The notes under the pieces were generated by a model. The model was given only the letters and a program-made list of their open reading frames with translations. It did no database searches and was not told the origin of the DNA. Shown in pieces: positions 29,371 to 38,214 of a DNA stretch of 64,000 nt; the stretch's first letter is position 1, and each line of letters opens with the position of its first letter. A program made the translations under genes and the position numbers. Source of the stretch: Candidatus Caccovivens sp. (GTDB lineage Bacteria > Bacillota > Clostridia > Christensenellales > UBA1242); contig JAZRRN010000049.1 in the NCBI GenBank assembly GCA_045650745.1, positions 128,138 through 192,137 on the forward strand, in the 5' to 3' direction.

Positions 29371-30009
29371 ATGAAAAAGAAAGGTTTGTTGATTTCGTTT
29401 GAAGGTGGCGAAGCTTGTGGCAAAGGCACCCAAATTAAAAAAATAAAACAATATTTCGAAGATAACAATATTGATTATCTTATCACAAGAGAGCCAGGTG
29501 GCACCGAAGTTGGTGAGCAACTGAGAAATTTGTTGTTGCATTCAAAAGCAGATATGTCATCAGAAGTTGAATTTTTGATTTTCAGCGCAAGCAGAAGACA
29601 AATTGTCGAAAAAGTTATTGCCCCAGCGTTGGCAGAAGGCAAGGTGGTTGTTTTGGACAGATTTTATGATTCGAGTTATGCATATCAAGGATATGCTGGA
29701 AACATCAAAATTGACGATATAAAAGCCATCACAGATTTTGCGATTGCCGGATACGAAACTGATTTGACATTTTTGCTTGATGTCGATTATGACGAAGCGA
29801 TGCGCAGAAAAATGAGCGATGAAAATCTGAAAAATCTTGATCGTATGGAATTGAAAGGAAGAGAATATCATGAAAATGTTCGTGCAGGATATTTGCAACT
29901 CGCAAAAGACAATCCATACCGAATTTTTGTTGTTGATGCTCTGCAAACACAAGATGCTGTTTTTGAGTGTATTAAAAACAGACTTGAAGAAGAACTCAAA
30001 AAAATGTAA
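29371..30009 (+). CDS. tmk: Thymidylate (dTMP) kinase
   Basis: P-loop ISFEGGEACGKGTQ, plus the TREPGGT motif and DRF..S..AYQG. The start is placed at the ATG 8 nt after GGAG. The ORF track begins 21 nt earlier at 29350. Confidence 0.9.
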   Translation: MKKKGLLISFEGGEACGKGTQIKKIKQYFEDNNIDYLITREPGGTEVGEQLRNLLLHSKADMSSEVEFLIFSASRRQIVEKVIAPALAEGKVVVLDRFYDSSYAYQGYAGNIKIDDIKAITDFAIAGYETDLTFLLDVDYDEAMRRKMSDENLKNLDRMELKGREYHENVRAGYLQLAKDNPYRIFVVDALQTQDAVFECIKNRLEEELKKM

Positions 30010-30021
30010 AACAAACAAAAA

Positions 30022-30044
30022 AACGCGAATTTTCGCGTTTTTTT
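30022..30044. terminator. Bidirectional rho-independent terminator between convergent tmk and the hydrolase gene
   Basis: AACGCG/CGCGTT hairpin flanked by an A-run on the 5' side and a T-run on the 3' side. Confidence 0.75.
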
Positions 30045-30067
30045 AATGCTTTTTGTTGTTTTTCAAA

Positions 30068-31558
30068 CTAAAAGTTGAAGAAGTCAACAACATCTTGCCA
30101 AACTTCGGCTTTGTCAGTTTCATTCAAAATTTCGTGTCTGTCGTTTTTGTAAATCTTAATTTTTGAGTCAATGTTGTTTTTTAAATAGAAGTTGTGCAAT
30201 GCTTCAACATCTTTTCCACCATTGTTTACAGGGTCTTGATCTCCTGCAATAAAGAAGATTTTTTTGTTGCCGACTTTTGCGATTCCGTTGTTTACTCTTG
30301 TGAGGTTGTTCAACATGCTCTTATAGAAACTGAATGGGAAACTGCCGCCGCAATATTCGTCTTCTTGATATGCTTTGAAAACTTCTTCGTCTTTTGTGAG
30401 CCAGTTTCCGTTTTCAAACTTTTTGCCATAAGCTTTGATGCACATTTTTTCCACGAGTCCACCACGCTTGTTGTGATTTTTGAAAGGTGACATAATGTTG
30501 ATCAAAAGGTTGCCAAGTTTTATAATGCCGGCATCGCCACTTGCAGTGCCACACAAAACTGCCTTTTCAACAATTGGCGAACATTGGATAAGTTTTTGTG
30601 TAAGCATTGAGCCATAAGAATGGCCAAACAAATAGATAGGCAAGTTGTAAGAATTTGCAACTTCGCTGATGATGTTGAGTTGGTCATTGATTGTTTCTGC
30701 AAATATATCATTTTCACCAAAACCCAAATCGTTTTTAGATGGTGCTGTCAAACCATGTCCACGCAAATCGCTTGCAACAACGATAAAATCATTTTTGTTG
30801 AGATATTCTGCAAATGCTTTGTATCTCAAACTGTGTTCTTGCATTCCGTGAAGAAGAATGATCACTGCTTTTGGATTTTTTGTGTTGTCATACAAATAAA
30901 CATTGAGTGGAAGATCGTTGTATCCAGCAATTGTAAAGTTTGCTGCTTCATACACTTCGACTGTCTTTTCTGCTTTTTCAACTTTCTTTGTAGGTGTTTT
31001 TTTGCTTGCAACTTTTGCTGCTTTTTTAGGTGCTTTCTTTTTTGCAGTGGTTTTCTTTGTTGAGTTTTCCACAACAACAGAGTTATCCACAGGTTTTTCG
31101 TCTACTTTGCTAGAAACTTTTTCTTCAACCTCACCCTTTTTAGCTGTTGTTTTTTTAACTGGTTTTGCAGCAGGCGCTTTGGTTGGTTGTGCTTTTTCTT
31201 GCTTTTTAGGCTCTTCAACCTTTACTTCTTCCACTTTCGCCTTTGGTGTAGGTTTCTTTGCAGCAGATTTTACAGAAGTTTTTGCAGCTTCAACCTTTTT
31301 AGTTGCTGGTTTTTTTACAGAAGTTGTCTTCTTTTCCACAACCTTTGCTTCAGTTTTTTGAGCAGCTGGTTTTGGTTCAACTTTTTCTGTCACTTTTTTT
31401 GCAGCAGGTTTTGTTGTTTTTGTTGCTGCAGTTTTTGTTTCTGCCTTCTTTGCAGCTCCAGTTGTCTTTTTTGCAGCTGGTTTTGCTGTGGCAGGTTTCT
31501 TTTCTGCAGTTTCAACCTTTTTTGTTGTAGGTTTTTTAGTTGTCTTTTTTTCTTCCAT
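30068..31558 (-). CDS. Alpha/beta hydrolase (lysophospholipase / monoacylglycerol-lipase-like) with ~195-aa Lys/Ala/Thr/Pro-rich N-terminal extension
   Basis: The start is set at the ATG (31558) preceded by GGAGGA. The C-terminal half has ILLHGMQEHSLRY...DLRGHG and the nucleophile elbow GHSYGS. The N-terminal half is KK(P/T)A(T/A)KK-type low complexity. Confidence 0.75.
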   Translation of the reverse strand: MEEKKTTKKPTTKKVETAEKKPATAKPAAKKTTGAAKKAETKTAATKTTKPAAKKVTEKVEPKPAAQKTEAKVVEKKTTSVKKPATKKVEAAKTSVKSAAKKPTPKAKVEEVKVEEPKKQEKAQPTKAPAAKPVKKTTAKKGEVEEKVSSKVDEKPVDNSVVVENSTKKTTAKKKAPKKAAKVASKKTPTKKVEKAEKTVEVYEAANFTIAGYNDLPLNVYLYDNTKNPKAVIILLHGMQEHSLRYKAFAEYLNKNDFIVVASDLRGHGLTAPSKNDLGFGENDIFAETINDQLNIISEVANSYNLPIYLFGHSYGSMLTQKLIQCSPIVEKAVLCGTASGDAGIIKLGNLLINIMSPFKNHNKRGGLVEKMCIKAYGKKFENGNWLTKDEEVFKAYQEDEYCGGSFPFSFYKSMLNNLTRVNNGIAKVGNKKIFFIAGDQDPVNNGGKDVEALHNFYLKNNIDSKIKIYKNDRHEILNETDKAEVWQDVVDFFNF

Positions 31559-31663
31559 AAAATCCTCCGAAAGTGCATAGATTTGCTGTATATATAAAGA
31601 TTGTAGCACAAAGTTTGTTTTTATTAAAACAAAATAAAAAAGTTTCAACAATTTTTAATCAAG

Positions 31664-31690
31664 AAAACAAAAAAAACAGGCAATGCCTGT
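31664..31690 (-). terminator. Rho-independent terminator after the DUF2188-like gene
   Basis: Minus strand reads AACAGGCATTGCCTGTT followed by a T-run. Confidence 0.7.
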
Positions 31691-32238
31691 TATTTTTTCT
31701 TTTGGAATTTTCCATCTTTTTTGTGAACAACAAAGTTTACATCGTTTGATTTTGACAATTGTTCAACTCTGTCCAACGCTTCTTGCTTTGTCACGAAAGA
31801 TGCAATAGTGCGTTTTGCACCATCTTTTTTGATAAGCCACAATCTTGCTTCTTTGTCATAAACAATGCGATAGATTGGCTTTCTTGAAGAATCTTTTTCT
31901 GCTTTTGTTTCTGCCTTTGCAGCTGTTTTCTTTTCTGCAGTTTTTGCAGGAGTTGCTGCTTTCTTTGGCGCAGTTTTTCCACCAGCAGCTTTCAAAGGGA
32001 TTCTTTTTTCAGTTGCAGGTTTTGCTTCTGGCTTTTCTTCTGTTTTTGCCTCTGCTTTTGGTTGTGCTTTTGGAGCTGTCTTTTTCGCAGAAGTTGTTGT
32101 CTTTTTTTTAACAGGTTTTTCAGCAGGTTCTACAACAGTTTCATCTGCTGTCACAACTCTAACTTCTTGTTTCTTTTGTTGTGCTTCTTGTTGTTTGATT
32201 TCTTCTTGTTTTTTCTTTTTTCTTGAAAATGGCCACAT
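31690..32238 (-). CDS. DUF2188-like small protein with Lys/Ala/Pro-rich N-terminal extension
   Basis: SD AGGAG. The C-terminal ~60 aa (IYRIVYDKEARLWLIKKDGAKRTIASFVTKQEALDRVEQLSK...VVHKKDGKFQ) matches the DUF2188 pattern. The N-terminal ~118 aa is K/A/P/T/E low complexity. Confidence 0.6.
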   Translation of the reverse strand: MWPFSRKKKKQEEIKQQEAQQKKQEVRVVTADETVVEPAEKPVKKKTTTSAKKTAPKAQPKAEAKTEEKPEAKPATEKRIPLKAAGGKTAPKKAATPAKTAEKKTAAKAETKAEKDSSRKPIYRIVYDKEARLWLIKKDGAKRTIASFVTKQEALDRVEQLSKSNDVNFVVHKKDGKFQKKK

Positions 32239-32268
32239 AATTTTTCTCCTATGTTTTATTTCTATTCA

Positions 32269-32297
32269 CATTATAAAACTTTTTTGATTGTTTTGCA
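32269..32297 (-). promoter_or_regulatory. Sigma-70-type promoter TTGCAA-17-TATAAT for the 31690-32238 gene
   Basis: -35 at 32297-32292, -10 at 32274-32269, 17-nt spacer. Confidence 0.6.
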
Positions 32298-32307
32298 AGG
32301 CAAAGTT

Positions 32308-32841
32308 TTATTTGTTTAAAATTTCTTTTTGATACAAATCTAAACTTTCTTGAATGATTTGCAATGCATATTGACGATCGCCAAGCTCTTTGACTTCAAC
32401 ATTTTTGTTTTCGAGTTGTTTGTAAACTTTCAAAAAGTGCATAAGTTCGTCAAAAATGTGTTGTGGAAGTTCGCTGATGTCGGTGTAACCATTGTATTGT
32501 GGGTCGCCATAAGGGATTGCAATGACTTTTTCGTCTCTATCGTTTCTGTCAGTCATGATCACAACTCCGATTGGAAAGCATCTTACCAAACAAAGTCTTT
32601 CGAGTGGTTGACTGCAAAGCACAAACACATCAAGTGGGTCTTTGTCGCCACAATATGTGAGCGGAATGAAGCCATAGTTCATAGGATAGTGGGTGCTTGT
32701 GTAAAGCACTCTGTCCATAATAAGACAGCCGGTTTCTTTGTCGAGTTCGTATTTTGTTTTGTCTCCTTGCTGAATTTCGATGCAAGCGACAAAATCTTCG
32801 GGAGTAACTCTTTTTGGATTTATATCCTTCCAAATGTTCAT
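32308..32841 (-). CDS. ppa: Inorganic pyrophosphatase, family I
   Basis: KYE.D...G...DR......YP.NYGFIP.T...D.DPLD motif set, ~177 aa, SD AAGGAG. Confidence 0.9.
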   Translation of the reverse strand: MNIWKDINPKRVTPEDFVACIEIQQGDKTKYELDKETGCLIMDRVLYTSTHYPMNYGFIPLTYCGDKDPLDVFVLCSQPLERLCLVRCFPIGVVIMTDRNDRDEKVIAIPYGDPQYNGYTDISELPQHIFDELMHFLKVYKQLENKNVEVKELGDRQYALQIIQESLDLYQKEILNK

Positions 32842-32862
32842 GATTTTCTCCTTTAAGTGAGA

Positions 32863-33609
32863 TTATTTTTCGAGATTGTTGTCTTTTTTATTTTTATTTT
32901 TTCGATTTAGATATATCTGTTTTGTTTTTGCATAAAAATTATCAAATTTTTGTTCAGCTTTTTTGCCAAGTTTGCAATATTTGACAACAAAGAATGTTGG
33001 GACCATAATTGCAAATGATGCAACAAAGTCAATCCAATAGTGTTGTTTTGTAAACACTGTTGACATACAAACCAAAATGCCGATTATTGTGCCAATGATG
33101 CGATATGACCAATGCATTTCTTTTGTGTCGATGCAAGCAAGGCAGCAAGCCAAGCCCATGTAACAATGTTGAGAAGGAAACACATTTGTTGGGTGACTTG
33201 CATTCCAAGTCCAAACCACAAGTTTGTCTGTAAACGAATCTGGTGTGAAGTCAGGTTTGACAAATCTTGATTGGAAGAAGAAATAGATGATGCCCGAAAT
33301 CAAGAAACTTACCACCAAAGTCAAAAAGATGTTGTAAAGTTTTGTTTTGTTTTTGTATGCCAAATAGAAAAATGTCAAAAGTCCAGCAGGGAATGTAAGG
33401 TAATATATGTAAACAAATGCTGGCACGAGTGGGATTTTGTCATCAAGTGGTGTGTGTGGCCAAGTTGTGCCATAATGCCAATCGCCAGGTTGAGTTCCGT
33501 TTGTGATGACTTGGTTGAGATACCAACTGAGCAAAAGCGAAACTATAAAAAGCACCAACGGAAAAATTGAATAGCTGATTTTTTTGATAAAGTTTATGAT
33601 TTTAGTCAT
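32863..33609 (-). CDS. PAP2-superfamily (PAP2_3 / sphingomyelin-synthase-like) integral membrane protein
   Basis: Multi-TM protein with FPSQH and TKQHYWID motifs that resemble PAP2 C2/C3 motifs. The start overlaps the XRE stop by 8 nt. Confidence 0.5.
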   Translation of the reverse strand: MTKIINFIKKISYSIFPLVLFIVSLLLSWYLNQVITNGTQPGDWHYGTTWPHTPLDDKIPLVPAFVYIYYLTFPAGLLTFFYLAYKNKTKLYNIFLTLVVSFLISGIIYFFFQSRFVKPDFTPDSFTDKLVVWTWNASHPTNVFPSQHCYMGLACCLACIDTKEMHWSYRIIGTIIGILVCMSTVFTKQHYWIDFVASFAIMVPTFFVVKYCKLGKKAEQKFDNFYAKTKQIYLNRKNKNKKDNNLEK

Positions 33610-34249
33610 CGGATTGTCCTTCTTTTGTTTCTAATTCTTTTTGAGCAAGTTTTTTTCTTTTTTTAATTTTGATTTGAGACCACAAAATCCATACAACTTG
33701 TGCAGGAATGCCAATGAAGTAAAGTGGCCAAAGATTGATTATGCTCAAAAATTGCAAATGGAATGAGAGCAGCAGTGTCCAAGTGAAAACAGACAGTGCT
33801 ACAAAGTTGAAGATTGGTTTGCCCCAAAGTGCGTTGCAAATCAAAAGAGAGATGGAGCATGTTGGGATTGCCCAGATAAACAATGTCCACACAATTTTGT
33901 CTGCAAAAATACGCAAAAAGACATAAAGCAAAATTGCCACCAGCCACACGCAACTTGCCGAAAGCAAAGTGATGACAATTCGGTTGGTTGTCCAATTGCT
34001 TTCTTTGGTTTTTGCCACGATTGCGAGTTTGTTTTTGAGGTTGTCTTCAATCAAACTGTTCATGTTGATGTTGTAAAATTTGCTGAGTTGCCAAAGGGTT
34101 TCAACATCAGGGACTGCGTCGCCATTTTCCCATTTTGAAACAGTTTTGTCAGAATAACTCAACTTTTGAGCAAGTTCGCTTTGGGTGAGTTTGTTTGCTT
34201 TTCGCAAATATGCAAGATTTTCTGCCAAGTTTTTAAATTTGTTTTCCAT
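33602..34249 (-). CDS. XRE-family HTH transcriptional regulator with C-terminal multi-TM domain
   Basis: The N-terminus LRKANKLTQSELAQKLSYSDKTVSKWENGDAVPDVETLWQLSKFYNINMNSLI is a classic HTH_3. About 4 hydrophobic helices follow. Confidence 0.85.
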   Translation of the reverse strand: MENKFKNLAENLAYLRKANKLTQSELAQKLSYSDKTVSKWENGDAVPDVETLWQLSKFYNINMNSLIEDNLKNKLAIVAKTKESNWTTNRIVITLLSASCVWLVAILLYVFLRIFADKIVWTLFIWAIPTCSISLLICNALWGKPIFNFVALSVFTWTLLLSFHLQFLSIINLWPLYFIGIPAQVVWILWSQIKIKKRKKLAQKELETKEGQSDD

Positions 34250-34255
34250 AGCAGC

Positions 34256-34284
34256 ATTTTAGCATAAAATTGCCTAAAATACAA
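34256..34284 (-). promoter_or_regulatory. Promoter TTGTAT-17-(TGc)TAAAAT placed 6 nt before the XRE ATG (apparent leaderless mRNA)
   Basis: -35 at 34284-34279 and -10 at 34261-34256. ATG is at 34249 and no SD lies between. Confidence 0.5.
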
Positions 34285-34295
34285 GCAAAAACCAA

Positions 34296-34369
34296 CAAAT
34301 TCTCTTCTGATGAGAGTTGAGAAAAGTGCATTCTCTCGTAATTAGAGAGTTTAAATTTTCTCTCTTTTT
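34296..34369. promoter_or_regulatory. Array of CTCTC/GAGAG inverted repeats in the divergent XRE/GT8 control region (candidate operators)
   Basis: GAGAG at 34312-16 and 34345-49. CTCTC at 34333-37 and 34360-64. TTCTCT at 34300-05. GAGAGTT occurs twice, 33 nt apart. Confidence 0.35.
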
Positions 34370-34407
34370 GCAATCTCAAAGAGTAGAATGGAAAACGGTT
34401 AATTCTA

Positions 34408-34437
34408 TTGAATTTTGTGCATAATCATTGTTAGAAT
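34408..34437 (+). promoter_or_regulatory. Candidate promoter TTGAAT-18-TAGAAT for the GT8 gene
   Basis: -35 at 34408-13 and -10 at 34432-37. SD AAGGAGG lies upstream of the ATG at 34483. Confidence 0.4.
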
Positions 34438-34482
34438 GAGGACAACACGAAGGCCAGAAAGGCGTTCGTAAAGGAGGTTATT

Positions 34483-35322
34483 ATGAAAAAAGAAATCGTA
34501 TCCTTGGTTTTTTCCGTTGACAACAACAGTTTGCCATTTTTTGGCGTAACACTCAAAAGTATTTCGTCAACTTGTGATAAGAAAAGAATTTATGATATTT
34601 ATGTTTTGCATGCAGGACTTGATGCAAAAAATCAAAAAAGAGCAAAAAAAGATTTGCCACTAAACTTCAACATTCAATTTGTTGATGTTTCCGAACAATT
34701 GAAAAATGAAGAATGTGCCATCTTGAAAAATTATGGTCAAGCAAAAACAAACTTCTTCAAAATTTTTGCTGCACAAATTTTCGCAAATTTGGACAAGGTG
34801 TTGTATTTGGATTCGGATCTTGTTGTTTTGGAAGATATCAGCAAACTTTATGACACCAACATAAAAGACAAGCTTGTTGGCGCTGTTATGGATTTGTCTG
34901 TCGAAAACTCTAAAAAAGAAACAGAAGAAGTTGAAAAAGCATACAACATTGATCCTTCAAGATATTTCAACACAGGGGTTTTGCTTATGAATCTTAAACA
35001 AATGCGCAAAATCAACTTCCAACAACGATATCTCAAAACTTTGCAAGATTTGGATTCGGTTGTTTCGCCAGAACAAGATTGCTTCAATGTTGTGTGCAAA
35101 TATCAAGTGAGTTACATTGATTTTTATTGGAATGTTATGCCGATAGAAGATGTTTGCCCAGATGATGAAGTCAAACTTATCAACTACAGCAAATTGTGGA
35201 AACCTTGGATTTGCGAAAAAACAAAATTCAGCAAAGAGTTTTGGAATGTTGCCTTTGAAAGTCAATATTATGAAGATGTGCTCAGTGTCAAATTGAAATA
35301 TTCAAAAGGTTTTGTATGTTAA
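34483..35322 (+). CDS. Glycosyltransferase family 8
   Basis: YLDSDLVV (DxD), FNTGVLLMNLKQMR and EQDCFN motifs, ~279 aa. Confidence 0.8.
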   Translation: MKKEIVSLVFSVDNNSLPFFGVTLKSISSTCDKKRIYDIYVLHAGLDAKNQKRAKKDLPLNFNIQFVDVSEQLKNEECAILKNYGQAKTNFFKIFAAQIFANLDKVLYLDSDLVVLEDISKLYDTNIKDKLVGAVMDLSVENSKKETEEVEKAYNIDPSRYFNTGVLLMNLKQMRKINFQQRYLKTLQDLDSVVSPEQDCFNVVCKYQVSYIDFYWNVMPIEDVCPDDEVKLINYSKLWKPWICEKTKFSKEFWNVAFESQYYEDVLSVKLKYSKGFVC

Positions 35323-35326
35323 AAAA

Positions 35327-35352
35327 AGTGGACAAACTTGTCCACTTTTTCT
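35327..35352. terminator. Bidirectional terminator between GT8 and gatB
   Basis: AGTGGACA/TGTCCACT stem with an A-run upstream and a T-run downstream. Confidence 0.8.
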
Positions 35353-35389
35353 TATTTTTACAGATATTTTGTCAGTTTTTGAAAACTTA

Positions 35390-36805
35390 TCAACCAAACA
35401 ATTTTGCAATCAAGGCTTTTACCAATTCGCCATTTGCTTTGCCGGCTGTGTTTTTCATAACATAACCAACGATAAAACCGATAACTCTTTGAGGTTCTTT
35501 CTTGTAGTCTTCAACTGCTTTTGGATTGCTGTCTTTGAATGCTTGCAAGAGTGATGTGATTTGTTCTTCTGAAATTGTTGTCAAAAGTCCAAGTTCTTTT
35601 GCAAGAGTCATAGGATCTTTTCCTGTTTGAGCAACTTGGTCAAGAAGTTGAAGTCCAACAGTTTTGTTGATTTTCTTTTCGTCAACCATCTTGATGATTT
35701 CTGCAAGTGGTTGTTCGGCGATAGGAAATTCGAAAACTTCTTCTTCCTTTACGAGCTTGAGAAGGTCTGTCAAAATCCAGTTGCTGATTTTCTTTGGTGC
35801 ATCATAGCAAGCAACACATTTTTCGAAATAATCTGAAATATATTTGCTTGATGTCAAGATGCCTGCATCGTATGCTGGCAAACCAAACTTTGTTTGATAC
35901 ATTTCTCTTCTTTCAACTGGAAGCATTGGCATTTCGCCTTTGATGCGAAGCACATCTGCCAAGTCAACTTCGATTGGCAAAATGTCTGGATCTGGGAAGT
36001 AGCGATAATCTTGTGCTTGTTCTTTTGATCTCATTGCTGTGTTTTTGCCTTTGTCGTCGCTCCATTTTCTTGTTTCTTGAATGACTCTTTCGCCACTGCC
36101 CAAAACTTCGGATTGTCTTTTGATTTCATATTCGATTGCACGAGTTACACTCTTGAAAGAGTTGAGGTTTTTCATTTCAGTTCTTGTTCCAAACACTGGC
36201 GAACCTTTTGGTTTGAGTGACAAGTTGACATCGCATCTCATTCCACCTTCTTCCATTTTACATTCGGCAACATTTGCAAAAACAAGAGCTTCTCTGACTT
36301 TTTTCAAAAAGTCGTCAACTTCTTCTGCTGTTGAAAAATCTGGTTCGGTTACGATTTCGATAAGTGGTGTTCCACCACGGTTGTAGTCAACCAAAGTGCC
36401 AACGCTTTTGCTGATGTGAGTGAGTTTGCCAGCATCTTCTTCCAAATGGATTCTGTTGAGGCGAACTTCTTTTCCACTGTCAAGTTTTACTGATCCACCT
36501 TCGCAAAGAGGGTGAACCATTTGGCTGATTTGATATGCTTTTGAAAGGTCAGGATAGAAATAGTTTTTTCTTTCCATAACTGCATAGTCAGCAATCTTGC
36601 AACCAAAGCAAAGGCCTGCTTTGATGCAAAGTTCGACTGCTTTTCTGTTTATGATTGGGAGAGCCCCAGGCATGCCTGTGCAGACAGGGCAAGTGTTTTT
36701 GTTTGGATCAGCACCAAATTCGTTTTTGCAACTGCAAAAAATCTTTGTGTTTGTCTTGAGTTCGGCATGAACTTCAAGGCCGATAACTACATCAAATGCA
36801 GACAT
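35390..36805 (-). CDS. gatB: Asp-tRNA(Asn)/Glu-tRNA(Gln) amidotransferase subunit B
   Basis: VIGLEVHAEL.T.TKIFC.C, NT..CPVC.G.PG.LP, and a YqeY-like C-terminus; 471 aa. Confidence 0.95.
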   Translation of the reverse strand: MSAFDVVIGLEVHAELKTNTKIFCSCKNEFGADPNKNTCPVCTGMPGALPIINRKAVELCIKAGLCFGCKIADYAVMERKNYFYPDLSKAYQISQMVHPLCEGGSVKLDSGKEVRLNRIHLEEDAGKLTHISKSVGTLVDYNRGGTPLIEIVTEPDFSTAEEVDDFLKKVREALVFANVAECKMEEGGMRCDVNLSLKPKGSPVFGTRTEMKNLNSFKSVTRAIEYEIKRQSEVLGSGERVIQETRKWSDDKGKNTAMRSKEQAQDYRYFPDPDILPIEVDLADVLRIKGEMPMLPVERREMYQTKFGLPAYDAGILTSSKYISDYFEKCVACYDAPKKISNWILTDLLKLVKEEEVFEFPIAEQPLAEIIKMVDEKKINKTVGLQLLDQVAQTGKDPMTLAKELGLLTTISEEQITSLLQAFKDSNPKAVEDYKKEPQRVIGFIVGYVMKNTAGKANGELVKALIAKLFG

Positions 36806-36807
36806 GT

Positions 36808-38214
36808 CTAGTCCTCCTTAATCTTTTTTGCAACATCATACAAGAGATGTTCGCTGTGTTTTTTTCCAATCACTTGAAGTCCAAGTGGCAATCCGTTTTC
36901 TGCAGTTGCATAAGGTATGCTTATTGCAGGCACGCCAGCAATGCTTGCAGGCACGGTAAACAAATCTTCCAAATACATAGAAATTGGGTCGTTTGCCTTT
37001 TCGCCAATCTTGAATGCTGTGTAAGGTGTTGTAGGGGTGATGATTGCATCGCAATCTGCAAATGCATCTTCAAATTCTTGTCCAAGCCAAGTTTGAAGTT
37101 TGCGAGCTTTGTTGTAATATGCGTCAAAGTATCCACTTGAAAGCACGAAGTTTCCAAGAATAATTCTTCTTTTTACTTCTTTGCCAAAACCTTCGCTTCT
37201 GCTTTTGATGTAAACATCTTCCAAAGTTTTTGTGTCTGTCGCTCTTGTTGTGTATTTGACTCCATCAAAACGAGCAAGGTTTGAAGTTGCTTCGGCAGGA
37301 GTAAGCACATAATAGCAAGGCAAACTGCTTTCAATGTGTGGAATGTCAACTTCAACAAATTCAAATCCTTTTTGTTTAAGTCTTTCGATTTCTTTTTCAA
37401 AATAAGTTGCACTAGCAGATTTTTTGATTGAGTCTGCAAGTTGTTTGCAAAGTCCAAGTTTGTAAGTTGATTTTGTTTCAGCTTTTTTCAAGTCGATTGA
37501 AGTTTGGTCGTTTTCGTCTTTTCCGGCCATAATATCAAAAACATATTGGTTGTCTTCAACTGTTTTTGTGATTGGGCCAGCTTGATCTGTTGAGCTTGCA
37601 AAAGCCACAAGGCCAAATCTTGAAATTGCACCATAAGTTGGTTTGATGCCAACCACACCGTTAAACGAACTTGGTTGTCTTACAGAGCCACCAGTGTCTG
37701 TGCCGATTGCAATAGGTGCAAGGTCTGCTGCAACTGCCACAGCACTTCCACCACTGCTTCCACCAGAAACATAGTTTGGGTCGATTGCATTTTTGCAAGG
37801 ACCGTAAGCGCTGTTTTCGCAACTTCCACCCATTGCAAATTCGTCCATGTTTGCACGGGCGATAATGATTGCACCTTCTGCTTCAAGTTTTTTGACGATT
37901 GTTGCAGAGTAAGGAGAAACAAAATCTTGCATAAACTTGCTTGCGCAAGTCATCTTTTTGCCTTTGTTGAGAATGTTGTCTTTGATGATGATTGGCACAC
38001 CAGCAAGTTTGCCAAGTGTTTGTCCTTGAGCGATTTTGCTGTCAACTTCTTTTGCTTTTTCTATTGCATCATAAAAGATTTCCAAAACAGCGTTGAGGTC
38101 TTGCTTCTTTTCGCATTGTGAGATGTAAAAAGAAACAACTTCTTCGCTTGTAAATTTTTGCGTTTTAATCCCTTCGACCAATTCTTTTACGGTCAATTGT
38201 GTAAAATCTGTCAT
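36808..38214 (-). CDS. gatA: Asp-tRNA(Asn)/Glu-tRNA(Gln) amidotransferase subunit A
   Basis: Amidase signature GGSSGGSAVAVAA...DTGGSVRQP. The start is set at MTDFTQ, whose ATG overlaps the gatC stop as TAATG. The ORF track extends 10 codons further. Confidence 0.95.
   Translation of the reverse strand: MTDFTQLTVKELVEGIKTQKFTSEEVVSFYISQCEKKQDLNAVLEIFYDAIEKAKEVDSKIAQGQTLGKLAGVPIIIKDNILNKGKKMTCASKFMQDFVSPYSATIVKKLEAEGAIIIARANMDEFAMGGSCENSAYGPCKNAIDPNYVSGGSSGGSAVAVAADLAPIAIGTDTGGSVRQPSSFNGVVGIKPTYGAISRFGLVAFASSTDQAGPITKTVEDNQYVFDIMAGKDENDQTSIDLKKAETKSTYKLGLCKQLADSIKKSASATYFEKEIERLKQKGFEFVEVDIPHIESSLPCYYVLTPAEATSNLARFDGVKYTTRATDTKTLEDVYIKSRSEGFGKEVKRRIILGNFVLSSGYFDAYYNKARKLQTWLGQEFEDAFADCDAIITPTTPYTAFKIGEKANDPISMYLEDLFTVPASIAGVPAISIPYATAENGLPLGLQVIGKKHSEHLLYDVAKKIKED

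Noticed and set aside
30194-32111. Multiple overlapping ORFs in several frames on both strands over the Lys/Ala-rich regions (e.g. 30620-31063+, 30903-31361+, 31187-31597+, 31845-32111+)
   Set aside because: Stop-free frames are caused by the AAG/GCA/ACA-rich low-complexity coding sequence of the two minus-strand genes. The products are F/L/C-rich nonsense and there are no translation signals.
35312-35554. 80-aa plus-strand ORF after the GT8 gene
   Set aside because: It starts inside the GT8 stop/terminator region, reads through the bidirectional terminator and is antisense to the gatB 3' end.
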